Assembly: GCA_016181305.1 (NCBI GenBank)
Contig: JACOZN010000002.1
Span: 1-64,000 of the forward strand
Length of the DNA stretch: 64,000 nucleotides
Direction: 5' to 3'
Source: Candidatus Woesearchaeota archaeon
GTDB taxonomy: Archaea; Nanobdellota; Nanobdellia; Woesearchaeales; GW2011-AR4
The position numbers and the translations under genes were made by a program. Shown piece by piece: positions 55,780 to 64,000 of this stretch; position 1 is the first letter of the stretch, and every line of letters begins with the position of its first letter. The notes below the pieces were generated by a model that worked only from the letters and a program-made list of their open reading frames with translations, was not told the origin of the DNA and searched no databases.

Positions 55780-56232
55780 TTACATAGAATAAGAGGATGC
55801 TTCTTGTCGAGTTCTTGCTGAAAAAGCCTTAGCATTAGGCAGCATTATTGCTTTTAACTCCGGTATTCCATGGTCATATCTATGATCTACTATCCTACTA
55901 AGGCTTGTTGCAAATTTAGATACTGTACTTCCCTCAAAATCTTTAAGAAGATATTCAATAGTGCCATTTTCCACATATAAAATTTGTTCATTTGGGCTAA
56001 GGTGCCCAAATCTGCCAACTACTTTTATGTCATCTCCATGTAACTTTATCCCTATAGCAACAAAACCTTTTTCATCTTCTATTAAGCGCAACATTATTTT
56101 ATCAACACTCCCATAATTCCAGAAACTTGCCGGATTCCTTTGATTTTCCTCATCATACAATCTTTTTAATATCCTAGCCTCTTCCAAAAATGTTTTAAGT
56201 TCATCCCTATTAATCACATTATCTTTTCCCAT
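55780..56232 (-). CDS. Hypothetical protein
   Basis: 150-aa AT-rich ORF; no motif recognised. Confidence 0.65.
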   Translation of the reverse strand: MGKDNVINRDELKTFLEEARILKRLYDEENQRNPASFWNYGSVDKIMLRLIEDEKGFVAIGIKLHGDDIKVVGRFGHLSPNEQILYVENGTIEYLLKDFEGSTVSKFATSLSRIVDHRYDHGIPELKAIMLPNAKAFSARTRQEASSYSM

Positions 56233-56280
56233 GAATTAAATCACCCAACCAAACTTATAGGCACTTATTTTTAAATCTTT

Positions 56281-57129
56281 TTATTTCACATTACCCTCGA
56301 AAAACTCCAAAACCCTTTCCTCATACTTTTCAGGATTTATCGAATGCGTCATTCCATGCTCTGCGTTTTCAACAATCCAAAGCTCTGCCTTTTTGTTTGC
56401 ATCATGCAGCAAATAAGCCTCTTTGACTGGAATCTGCGAGTCTTTTTCTGCATGTATCAGCAAAATCGGGATTTCCGGGTTTTTTATGCTGTCAGCAGGG
56501 CTTGCATCATCAATATTTATCCTCAAAAACAAAATCCCGTATAATTTTGTCAAATAAGCCAATGGGTATTTGAAAATAAAAAATATCCTGTACATGTGCT
56601 CAACAATATTGCTTAGTTTTGCATATGCGCTGTCAGTCACTATTGCCTTTACATTTTCATGGTTAACCATCAATGCAACCGCCCCTCCAAGGGAAAATCC
56701 ATAAAGCCCGATTTTTGTAATGTTTTTTTCTTCCTCCAGATATTCTATTGCTCCAAGCAAGTCATTTTTCTCAAGATAGCCTGCTGTTGTAATGCTGCCT
56801 TCGCTTTTGCCAAAGCTCCTGAAGTCAAACAAAAAGACATTGAAGTCTTTTGCAAGAAATTCCGCAATCCCGAGCAGATTTGCCTTGTCGGCAGGGTAGC
56901 CGTGCATTACAATGACTGTTTTCTTGGTTTTATTGTTTGGGATAAGCCATCCGCTTAATTTGATTCCATCAGTGCTTTTGAAAGTAATTTCTTCGTATTT
57001 TAATCCTAAATCAGAAGGCTCAAGGTTGGTTATTATTTTTGGCGGATGGATTGACATGAAAAACGTTAATAATGAAAATAATATGAGAAACAATAAAATA
57101 AACAGCGCAATTTTAATTGCAAGTTGCAT
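56281..57129 (-). CDS. Membrane-anchored alpha/beta hydrolase
   Basis: MHGYP, FDFRSFGKSEG, GFSLGG, IHAEKD and AEH. Confidence 0.92.
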   Translation of the reverse strand: MQLAIKIALFILLFLILFSLLTFFMSIHPPKIITNLEPSDLGLKYEEITFKSTDGIKLSGWLIPNNKTKKTVIVMHGYPADKANLLGIAEFLAKDFNVFLFDFRSFGKSEGSITTAGYLEKNDLLGAIEYLEEEKNITKIGLYGFSLGGAVALMVNHENVKAIVTDSAYAKLSNIVEHMYRIFFIFKYPLAYLTKLYGILFLRINIDDASPADSIKNPEIPILLIHAEKDSQIPVKEAYLLHDANKKAELWIVENAEHGMTHSINPEKYEERVLEFFEGNVK

Positions 57130-57215
57130 ATTATTCCAGTATTCTGGCTATATAAAAATATTACGAATGGATTTAAGCACAACCTTTAAAAATCGACTTC
57201 TCTACCTAAAAACTG

Positions 57216-58286
57216 ATGGAAACTCTTGAATCTATAAAGTGGCTCAAAGAGCGCAGCCTTTACGATTTGTCATCAAAAGTTGCCCTTTCGCTGAAAAAAA
57301 TATTCACCCCATGCCTTGCAGTAAAGGACGAGAAAGTGCTGATAGTTGGAGATATAGGCTATGAAAACAGGAATGTTGCGGCAGTCCTCTCAGGCGCTTA
57401 CTATCTTGCAGCAGAGCAGCTCAAATTAGACGCAAAGCTGATTTTGCAGGATGTAAAGTCAAGGGGCGACGCCTCGGACGAGAACGTTGTAAAAAATTTG
57501 GCGGAGCTTAAGCAAGGCAACATAATAATCCTGAACATGTCCGACAAGCTCGGTAACATACAGCAGCTTGGCAAGAGCTTCAGGAGATGGGTGGCAAAAA
57601 AAAGCCATAGGTTTATCTCGGCAATGTCGCTTGGAGACTTGGCAACCAGCAACATAGACCTGATACTGAAGGCAATTGACGTCAACTACAAGCCCCTGCA
57701 AACCCAGCACGAGGAGCTGAGGCAAAGGCTGGAAAAGGCAAAGGAAGTTCATATTACAACTCCTGCAGGCACTGACTTGTATTACAACAAAAGCGGGATA
57801 AAGGCGATTGCGGCTGATGGCAATTACACAATGCCCGGCACAGGAGGCAATCTGCCTGCAGGCGAGATTTACTCTCCTCCAAACGGCAAAAAAATAGAAG
57901 GAAAAGCTGTCATTGACGGCTCTTCAAGAACGCATGAGCACACCATACTCATAAGAAAGCCGATTGAATTAACCATTAAAGACGGCGAAATAGCGGAAAT
58001 CAGGGGGCATGACGAGGCAAAGCAGCTTGAAAACACTCTGAAATGGGCTGCATCTGTTGCAAAAAACCCAGGCAATGTAAGGAGAATTTGCGAGCTTGGA
58101 ATTGGCTTAAATCCAAAGGCAAGCATCATAGGCGCAATGATTGTTGACGACAAGACTTTAGGAACAGCCCACATAGGAATTGGCTCAAACTACTGGTTTG
58201 GCGGCAATATTTATGCTATAATACATTTAGACCAAGTGTTCAAGAACCCGACAATTTATCTCGATGGAGAACTACTGAAGATATAG
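57216..58286 (+). CDS. Aminopeptidase (M29/thermophilic metalloprotease-like)
   Basis: GNLPAGEIY..P, ELGIGLNP, GTAHIGIGSN and HLD. Confidence 0.85.
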   Translation: METLESIKWLKERSLYDLSSKVALSLKKIFTPCLAVKDEKVLIVGDIGYENRNVAAVLSGAYYLAAEQLKLDAKLILQDVKSRGDASDENVVKNLAELKQGNIIILNMSDKLGNIQQLGKSFRRWVAKKSHRFISAMSLGDLATSNIDLILKAIDVNYKPLQTQHEELRQRLEKAKEVHITTPAGTDLYYNKSGIKAIAADGNYTMPGTGGNLPAGEIYSPPNGKKIEGKAVIDGSSRTHEHTILIRKPIELTIKDGEIAEIRGHDEAKQLENTLKWAASVAKNPGNVRRICELGIGLNPKASIIGAMIVDDKTLGTAHIGIGSNYWFGGNIYAIIHLDQVFKNPTIYLDGELLKI

Positions 58287-58321
58287 AGAACTTTGAATAA
58301 TTCATTATTTTTCCAATTCAC

Positions 58322-58500
58322 TTGAAAATCTTTATTTTCAAGCTAAGCAATTCCTTGGAATTGCGAGGTGTTCGAAAATGCAAAGCATTTTCGACATTCC
58401 CAAAAATTGCATAGAAATTTTTTAGGACATTCAAAGTTCTCTTAGAGAATACTCCAAAATTTTTGATTTTGGAGTTCCCAAAAATGCATTAGGCATTTTT
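58322..58500. repeat. Cluster of intergenic palindromes
   Basis: TTGAAAAT..ATTTTCAA, GCAATTCC-TT-GGAATTGC, CGAAAATGC-AAA-GCATTTTCG, ACTCCAAAAT..ATTTTGGAGT and AAAAATGC..GCATTTTT. Confidence 0.75.
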
Positions 58501-58791
58501 TAGGATTTGATAATATTTCAAAATTCTCTATAGCTACTCTTCCTCTTCCAAATCCTGCATCCATTTTGGCAGCTCTACATCAGGGTATTTCTTGTCAGAA
58601 CCCTCAAAATAAGCTCCTTTTTCCTTCAGCCTCTCCATAACCCAGGTATAGCTTGCGAAATATTTAAAGATTGTTTAGTAAGCCTTAGTGACTACATCAG
58701 AAATTTTCACTACACTGCCTAAACAAAAGAAAAGTATTAAAAGAAAGGGTAAAAACAAGGAATATGCCAAATAGCAGATATTAATCAAAAA

Positions 58792-59136
58792 ATGCCGTAC
58801 AAACAGGCGATATTGGTAAGGGAAGACCTGAAGCTGCCTAAGGGAAAACTGGCTGCTCAGTCAAGCCACGCTTCTGTAGATGCAACTTTGAAGTCAGACA
58901 AAAAGGTTGTTGATGCTTGGAAAATGGGCGGCGGCAAAAAGGTTGTTTTGAAAGTCAATGACGAAAGGGAATTATTGAAATACAAGCAGACTGCTGAAGA
59001 TTACGGGCTGAGAACAGCCTTGATAACAGATGCAGGGCATACTGTTTTAGAGCCCGGAACTATAACCTGCTTGGGGATAGGCCCTGACTTGGAAGAGAAG
59101 ATTGACAAGGTTACAGGAAAGCTCAGGATGATGTAG
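58792..59136 (+). CDS. pth2: Peptidyl-tRNA hydrolase Pth2
   Basis: KQAILVREDL..GKLAAQSSHA, KKVVLK, DAGHT and GIGP. Confidence 0.96.
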   Translation: MPYKQAILVREDLKLPKGKLAAQSSHASVDATLKSDKKVVDAWKMGGGKKVVLKVNDERELLKYKQTAEDYGLRTALITDAGHTVLEPGTITCLGIGPDLEEKIDKVTGKLRMM

Positions 59137-59175
59137 GTTAATTTTAAATAGTCTCTATTTTTTCTTTGCCCTAGT

Positions 59176-59315
59176 GGGCCCATAGCTCAGCCTGGTAGCC
59201 GCCAATTATCAGATTGGCTTGCTGGGCAATTAGAGCGACGGTCTTATATGGCTTTGCTCTAAGCACAAAAGACTAAGTGAGCCGTAGGTCGAGGGTTCAA
59301 AGCCCTTTGGGCCCA
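59176..59315 (+). tRNA. tRNA-Ile(TAT) with introns at 19/20 (59196-59229) and 37/38 (59249-59279)
   Basis: GGGCCCA/TGGGCCC with A73; anticodon arm ACGGT-CTTATAA-GCCGT after splicing; BHB helices GCCT/GGGC and CTTA/TAAG. Confidence 0.9.
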
Positions 59316-59320
59316 TTACT

Positions 59321-59467
59321 GCTCCCGTGGTGTAGTCCGGATTAAGGAAGTCCACATATGTGGTTGTTCTTTAAGGATAACCAAGCATTTCGGATTTTCG
59401 ATCCGAAGACCTGGGTTCAAATTGCAGAACGCGAGCATGCGGCTGCATGTAAGTCCCGGCGGGAGCA
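59321..59467 (+). tRNA. tRNA-Glu(TTC) with introns at 19/20 (59341-59380) and 59/60 (59422-59453)
   Basis: GCTCCCG/CGGGAGC; anticodon arm TCGGA-TTTTCGA-TCCGA; BHB geometry at both introns. Confidence 0.9.
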
Positions 59468-59556
59468 TTAAATTTTACTTCTATTAAGTAATTACATATT
59501 GAGGATAGGAAGATTTATAAACACTAATCCTCATAAAATTAAAAGATAGTAGGAAA

Positions 59557-60369
59557 ATGCCAAAAAAAGAGGCTAAGGCAGAAGAAAGCAAAGAAAGTCA
59601 TAAGCATAACTGGTTACATTTTCTGGTTGTTTTGATTATTGCTATAGTGATATTACTAATTTTTACAAATGGTTTTTCTTTAGGAACAGCAAGTGCAGTG
59701 CGTAGTGGCGGAGGAACAAAAAAATCCAGCTTGCCTGATTTGATAACCTCAGGAGCAACTTTGCAAAATGTACAAAAAAAATTAATAGAAGATAAATTAT
59801 TTTTTCATATACAAGAAGGTATGGGTGTTGCAAATATGGGCGGTGCAAGATCAAAAGCATCCGTTCTTCGTGCTGGTATAATAGGTGATTCGCTACAAAA
59901 TGTTAGAGCAACAGTGTCTTATTTAGATTCGACTGGAAAACTTGTTACAAGTGCTACAACGCAATACCTCACCTTAACTAATAACGGTGCATATATTGAC
60001 ATTCCTGTGGATCCTTTAATGCCATATGATAAATATAAATGGGGCGACAATTTTGCTGTCCTTTTCTTAGATGTTCCTATAAACATGCCTCCTCCTGATG
60101 GGGCAGTTACTGAAACAAGATTCACCCTTTTCGGTGACGCCGATGTAACTAAAGTTGTGACTGAATCAAGTGAAATTAATAACTATATAGAACAAGGTTA
60201 TATTTTCCGCTGTGCTTTTCAGGGTGATGACCTTTCTGTTTATCCTTATGCCCCTACTTGTTGCTTGCACAGAGTTGATCCTTCATCACCTAGGTATATT
60301 ATATATGGAACATATTACTGCGAAGATTTTCCCCCTTATAATCCTTTATATGTACCTGCTTCAGGATGA
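59557..60369 (+). CDS. Membrane-anchored surface protein with CARDB-like Ig domain
   Basis: N-terminal TM; LPDLI..DADVTKVVTESSEINN. Confidence 0.7.
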   Translation: MPKKEAKAEESKESHKHNWLHFLVVLIIAIVILLIFTNGFSLGTASAVRSGGGTKKSSLPDLITSGATLQNVQKKLIEDKLFFHIQEGMGVANMGGARSKASVLRAGIIGDSLQNVRATVSYLDSTGKLVTSATTQYLTLTNNGAYIDIPVDPLMPYDKYKWGDNFAVLFLDVPINMPPPDGAVTETRFTLFGDADVTKVVTESSEINNYIEQGYIFRCAFQGDDLSVYPYAPTCCLHRVDPSSPRYIIYGTYYCEDFPPYNPLYVPASG

Positions 60370-60605
60370 TTGATTATACTAAGATTATACTAAACTACAC
60401 TCTCGTTGCATCCCGCAGTTTATTAAATACAACAATCAATTCATCAAATAAACCGTAATGTCGATATTTATTCTCAGCACAAAATATTTTATCCCAAAAA
60501 AGTATCAAAATAGTACTATACTCGGCGGGAGCATTTTTATTTCTGGCTCAATTCGGGAATAAATATGGAAAACCTATAAATACCAAATCGACATCTTAAT
60601 TTAAT

Positions 60606-61085
60606 ATGAAAACCGAAAAAGCTACTTTTGCAGCAGGATGCTTCTGGCAGGTTGAAGAGGCATTCAGCAAAGTCAACGGAGTTGTAAGCACAATGGCTGG
60701 CTACACAGGCGGCAATGTTAAAAATCCAACCTATGAGAAAGTGTGCACTGATGCAACAGGGCATGCAGAGGCAGTCCATGTTGAATTCAACCCAGGCAAA
60801 GTTTCTTATGAAGAGCTTTTGGATGTGTTCTGGGGCATTCACGACCCCACACAATTAAACAGGCAAGGGCCTGATGTTGGCACTGAATACCGCTCGGCAA
60901 TATTCTACCACAATGAAAAGCAAAAGAAGGCTGCAATTGCCTCAAAAGAAAAGCTTGAAAAATCAGGCAAGTTTAAAAATCCGATTGTTACAGCGATAGT
61001 TCCAATATCAGAATTCTACAAGGCAGAGGAATACCATCAGAAGTATCTGGAGAAGAGAAAATCAAGGATTTTTAATTTGTTTTGA
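60606..61085 (+). CDS. msrA: Peptide methionine sulfoxide reductase A
   Basis: AAGCFW, GYTGG, GHAEAV and AEEYHQKY. Confidence 0.97.
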   Translation: MKTEKATFAAGCFWQVEEAFSKVNGVVSTMAGYTGGNVKNPTYEKVCTDATGHAEAVHVEFNPGKVSYEELLDVFWGIHDPTQLNRQGPDVGTEYRSAIFYHNEKQKKAAIASKEKLEKSGKFKNPIVTAIVPISEFYKAEEYHQKYLEKRKSRIFNLF

Positions 61086-61091
61086 TTCAAA

Positions 61092-61400
61092 ATGCAGAAA
61101 TCATTCAATCAAAAAATATGGAACTTAACTACAAAGATACCAAAAGGCAAAGTCACTACCTATAAGATTCTTGCAGAAGCGCTTGGCACAAAAGCCTACA
61201 GGGCAGTCGGGCATGCAATGGCAAAAAATCCCTATGCTCCAAAAGTGCCGTGTCATCGTGTCGTTAATTCCAATGGAGAAGTCGGCAATTACTCGGGCAA
61301 AGGCGGAAAAAAAGGAAAGATAAGAATGCTGGAAAAGGAAGGGATTAAAATTAAAAATAATAGAATTGTTGATTTTGAGAAATATCTACTTAATGTGTAG
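61092..61400 (+). CDS. ogt: O6-alkylguanine DNA alkyltransferase (single-domain MGMT)
   Basis: IPKGKVTTY, RAVG and active-site PCHRVV. Confidence 0.9.
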   Translation: MQKSFNQKIWNLTTKIPKGKVTTYKILAEALGTKAYRAVGHAMAKNPYAPKVPCHRVVNSNGEVGNYSGKGGKKGKIRMLEKEGIKIKNNRIVDFEKYLLNV

Positions 61401-61644
61401 TAACAAGCTGTTCATATTGGGGTTTAATTAATTCATCATATAGCCTTGCCATTTCATCTTTTCTTTCCGTAACGCGCTTGAGACTATAATATCTAATAGG
61501 AAATCTTTCATTAACTTTAGGTGATATGACATCTTCAAATATATCAAGAACCTCCATTGCTTCCCTAGTGTAACCCAGTTTTCTAAGTTTTAGATTCAAT
61601 TGAAGTAATTTATCAGAAGCACCTAAACATTGAGTTTCTATCAT
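61390..61644 (-). CDS. Hypothetical protein
   Basis: 84-aa AT-rich ORF after TFB. Confidence 0.55.
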   Translation of the reverse strand: MIETQCLGASDKLLQLNLKLRKLGYTREAMEVLDIFEDVISPKVNERFPIRYYSLKRVTERKDEMARLYDELIKPQYEQLVTTH

Positions 61645-61660
61645 TTTAAAAAACCTAAAA

Positions 61661-62562
61661 TTATCTCTTCTTCTTTTTCTTGGTTTTCTTTATCTCGTCT
61701 TCCAGGTCAAGCTCGTCCAAAAGCTCTTTGTACCTGTTCCTTATTGTGACTTCTGTCACTCCTGCCACGTCTGCAACTTCCCTTTGCGTTCTTCGTACAA
61801 AGCAGCAGCCGCAATTCCGGTTGGCCCTCTTCCAGATGTCAACTCAGCCTTCTGGGCACTTTCAAGAATTTCAATTGACTTGCTTTGTGTTTCCGCGCTC
61901 AGCTTCAATGCAGATGCAAACCTTGCAATATAATCAGCTGGGTTTGACGGCAATATTGTAATGCCAAGCTCCCTTGTGACAAACCTGTAAGTCCTTCCGA
62001 CTTCCTTCTTTTCAATGCCGGAAGCCTCGCTTAGCTCATCCAAAGTCCTTGGAACGTCATGCCTTCTGCAGGCAGCGTACAAAGCCCCTGCAACAACGCT
62101 TTCCATGCTTCTTCCCCTCACAAGCCCCCTCTGTACTGCAAGAGTGTAAATCCTTGCAGATTCCTCTTCCACTGACTTAGGCAATTTCAAGTATGAAGAA
62201 ACCCTTTTTAATTCTGCAAGAGCAAGCTTCAAGTTCCTTTCAATGGCTGTGCTTATCCTGTACTGCCACTTCCTTAACCTGAAGAATTTGTTCCTGTCTT
62301 TTCCGCCAAGCTTGAACAAGTCTGCCTTTTGCCCGACTTCTGTTCCCAAGCCCTGGTCGTACTGAGTGTAAGTCATTGGAGCGCCTGACCTTCTTCTTTT
62401 CTCTCCTTCTTCTGAGTCAAACTCCCTCCATTCCTGCGAGAAGTCAACCATTTTTTCCTCTATAACAAGCCCGCAGTCCCTGCATATAATCTCGCCCCTA
62501 TCGCGATTCCAAGAAAGGTTTATTCCGCCGCATTCCGGGCATTTCTTTACTAGTTCTGGCAT
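61661..62562 (-). pseudogene. tfb: Transcription initiation factor IIB with a frameshifting deletion near 61794
   Basis: Zn ribbon CPECG..CRDCG, GRSMESVVA and [13 protein letters not shown]. The missing C-terminus ([24 protein letters not shown]) continues in another frame to a stop at 61661. Confidence 0.85.
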
Positions 62563-62754
62563 TTTAGTTCACCTGCAATAGCTCTATAACAAGCTTTATT
62601 AACACCCTTTTACCCCCAAATTAAAACCATAAGTCGATAACTATGGTAAGATTTATAAAGAAGTAATAATAGGTTATATATAAAGCTTTCGGTTCAACCG
62701 CGAAATCGGTTGACGCTTTAATCAAGTTGGGCATAAAGCCCAACGGATGTGAAA

Positions 62755-62937
62755 ATGTCACAAACAAAGCCAAAAAGCACTGAATATCCCATCCCAAAGG
62801 ACTTATTCGAAATTCTAGCCTGTCCGCTCTGCAAAGCGGATTTGGAGTACGCTAAAGGCAGGAAAGGCTTGGTTTGCTCTAAATGCAGTGCAAAGTACCC
62901 GATTGAAGATGGGATTCCCGTGATGATGGCTAAGTAA
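62755..62937 (+). CDS. Trm112-like protein
   Basis: LFEILACPLCKADL..LVCSKC..YPIEDGIPVM. Confidence 0.9.
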   Translation: MSQTKPKSTEYPIPKDLFEILACPLCKADLEYAKGRKGLVCSKCSAKYPIEDGIPVMMAK

Positions 62938-63000
62938 ACAAGGTTTTGATGTTGAATTTTTCACTTAAATTTTTATAGGATTCTGCCATACCTTTTTAAC

Positions 63001-63957
63001 ATGAAGGACAGGTATATTTTCGGGGGCGGCGACTCAGACGGCTTGCTTGGAATATCAGCCATTCTTAGCACAATAGGTGACGCGTTCTTTTCATTTACGT
63101 CGCCAAGAACCCTCCATACAGAAATCAATAACTTCGTAAGGGGAGCAAGCGGCAGGATTTACATAGTTGACCTTGCGCTGGATCAATCAACTTACAGGGA
63201 TTTGCTTAGGGAAATAGAATCCCTCAGGGGGTTCAGGACATATTTTTTTGACCAGCATAATCTGCCTAGGGGAGTTTCTATGGAAAAGCTGCCATTCACA
63301 AAAATTTCTATTGATGATAAAGTATCAAGCTGTGAGAACGCATATGTTGAAACAGGCTGCGAACTTGATGTTATTGTGCCTGCTGTTGCATCAATCAACG
63401 ACGGCTTCAAAAGCACAGAACTTATAAGGGCTGCCGAGAAAAAGCATGGTGAAAGGCTATACAGAAACGCAGAAACATTAAAATTTGGCCTAGCTTTTAA
63501 CATCAAAGATAACAAGTTTAAGCGAGAACTGGTTTACGCAATAAGAGAAGGAGAATACCCTGAGTCAATACCTGAACTGGTCAGTAGATATGAGCAAGGG
63601 CTTATAAGGTGGGGAGAGATAAAGCGCATGGCAGAATCAAGGGTTAAGACTGCCGAAAAGCTGGCATACGGGTTTTTTCCAAATTTAAGGGGGGGCTATG
63701 CCAACATGCTCGCAGGCTATTTAGCTGAAATAGGAAAAAAGCCCGTAGGTATTTCAATTTTGGAAACTGACAGAGTGCTTCAAAAAATCAATGTTATATC
63801 CAATAACCCTTTAATTAATTTAGGACAGGTTGTGCACGATATTGCTATAGCATTCGGAGGGGCAGGGGGCGGCAGCACGTCAAGCGCAGGCGCAACAATA
63901 AACAAGAGGTACACCCCTGATTTTCTGAAAAGATTAGATGTTAAATTAGGCGGCTAA
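63001..63957 (+). CDS. DHH/DHHA1-family phosphoesterase-like protein, degenerate
   Basis: DSDG, IVDL, FFDQH in place of DHH, and GGAGGG..AGA. Confidence 0.75.
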   Translation: MKDRYIFGGGDSDGLLGISAILSTIGDAFFSFTSPRTLHTEINNFVRGASGRIYIVDLALDQSTYRDLLREIESLRGFRTYFFDQHNLPRGVSMEKLPFTKISIDDKVSSCENAYVETGCELDVIVPAVASINDGFKSTELIRAAEKKHGERLYRNAETLKFGLAFNIKDNKFKRELVYAIREGEYPESIPELVSRYEQGLIRWGEIKRMAESRVKTAEKLAYGFFPNLRGGYANMLAGYLAEIGKKPVGISILETDRVLQKINVISNNPLINLGQVVHDIAIAFGGAGGGSTSSAGATINKRYTPDFLKRLDVKLGG

Positions 63958-64000
63958 TAATCAATAAATTTATATTGAATAATGAGATTTTTCTTTATGC

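Noticed and set aside
58534-58710. 34-aa ORF (MERLKEKGAYFEG...) with an upstream in-frame stop
   Set aside because: May be a gene remnant, but I cannot assign a family or show coding potential.

Overview
Archaeal chromosomal DNA, most likely a DPANN Woesearchaeota-type genome. This is inferred from archaeal EF-2/EF-1alpha/uS10/aIF-1A/eS8/eL37/TFB/Lsm, a small-genome gene mix and BRE-TATA promoters placed about 25 nt before many start codons. No rRNA, CRISPR array or transposase was seen. The main feature is a co-directional block at about 7.8-32.6 kb. It contains an A24 prepilin peptidase, two HxsD-like proteins and an HxsB-like radical SAM protein that has lost its CxxxCxxC motif. It also contains gluzincin peptidases, a 105-aa precursor-like peptide with a (Gly/Ser/Ala-Cys)n core and 16 Cys, an orphan solute-binding protein, an intact radical SAM/SPASM enzyme, a GT4 glycosyltransferase, a PQQ-type propeller and a frameshifted Cys-rich surface protein. 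A full Tad-like type IV pilus locus follows. I read this as a candidate undescribed archaeal RiPP system, a rewired His-Xaa-Ser system. Four tRNAs (Ser-GGA, Leu-TAG, Ile-TAT, Glu-TTC), all missed by the ORF track, carry 8 bulge-helix-bulge introns, 6 of them at non-canonical positions. Other oddities: a split receiver-like/molybdenum-storage-protein-like gene, an APC permease-methyltransferase fusion, a bacterial-type LspA, an N-terminally short Dph2, a frameshifted TFB and a family of intergenic palindromes. All family calls come from motif recognition by eye; no database search was run. The frameshifts and tandem duplications could be assembly errors.
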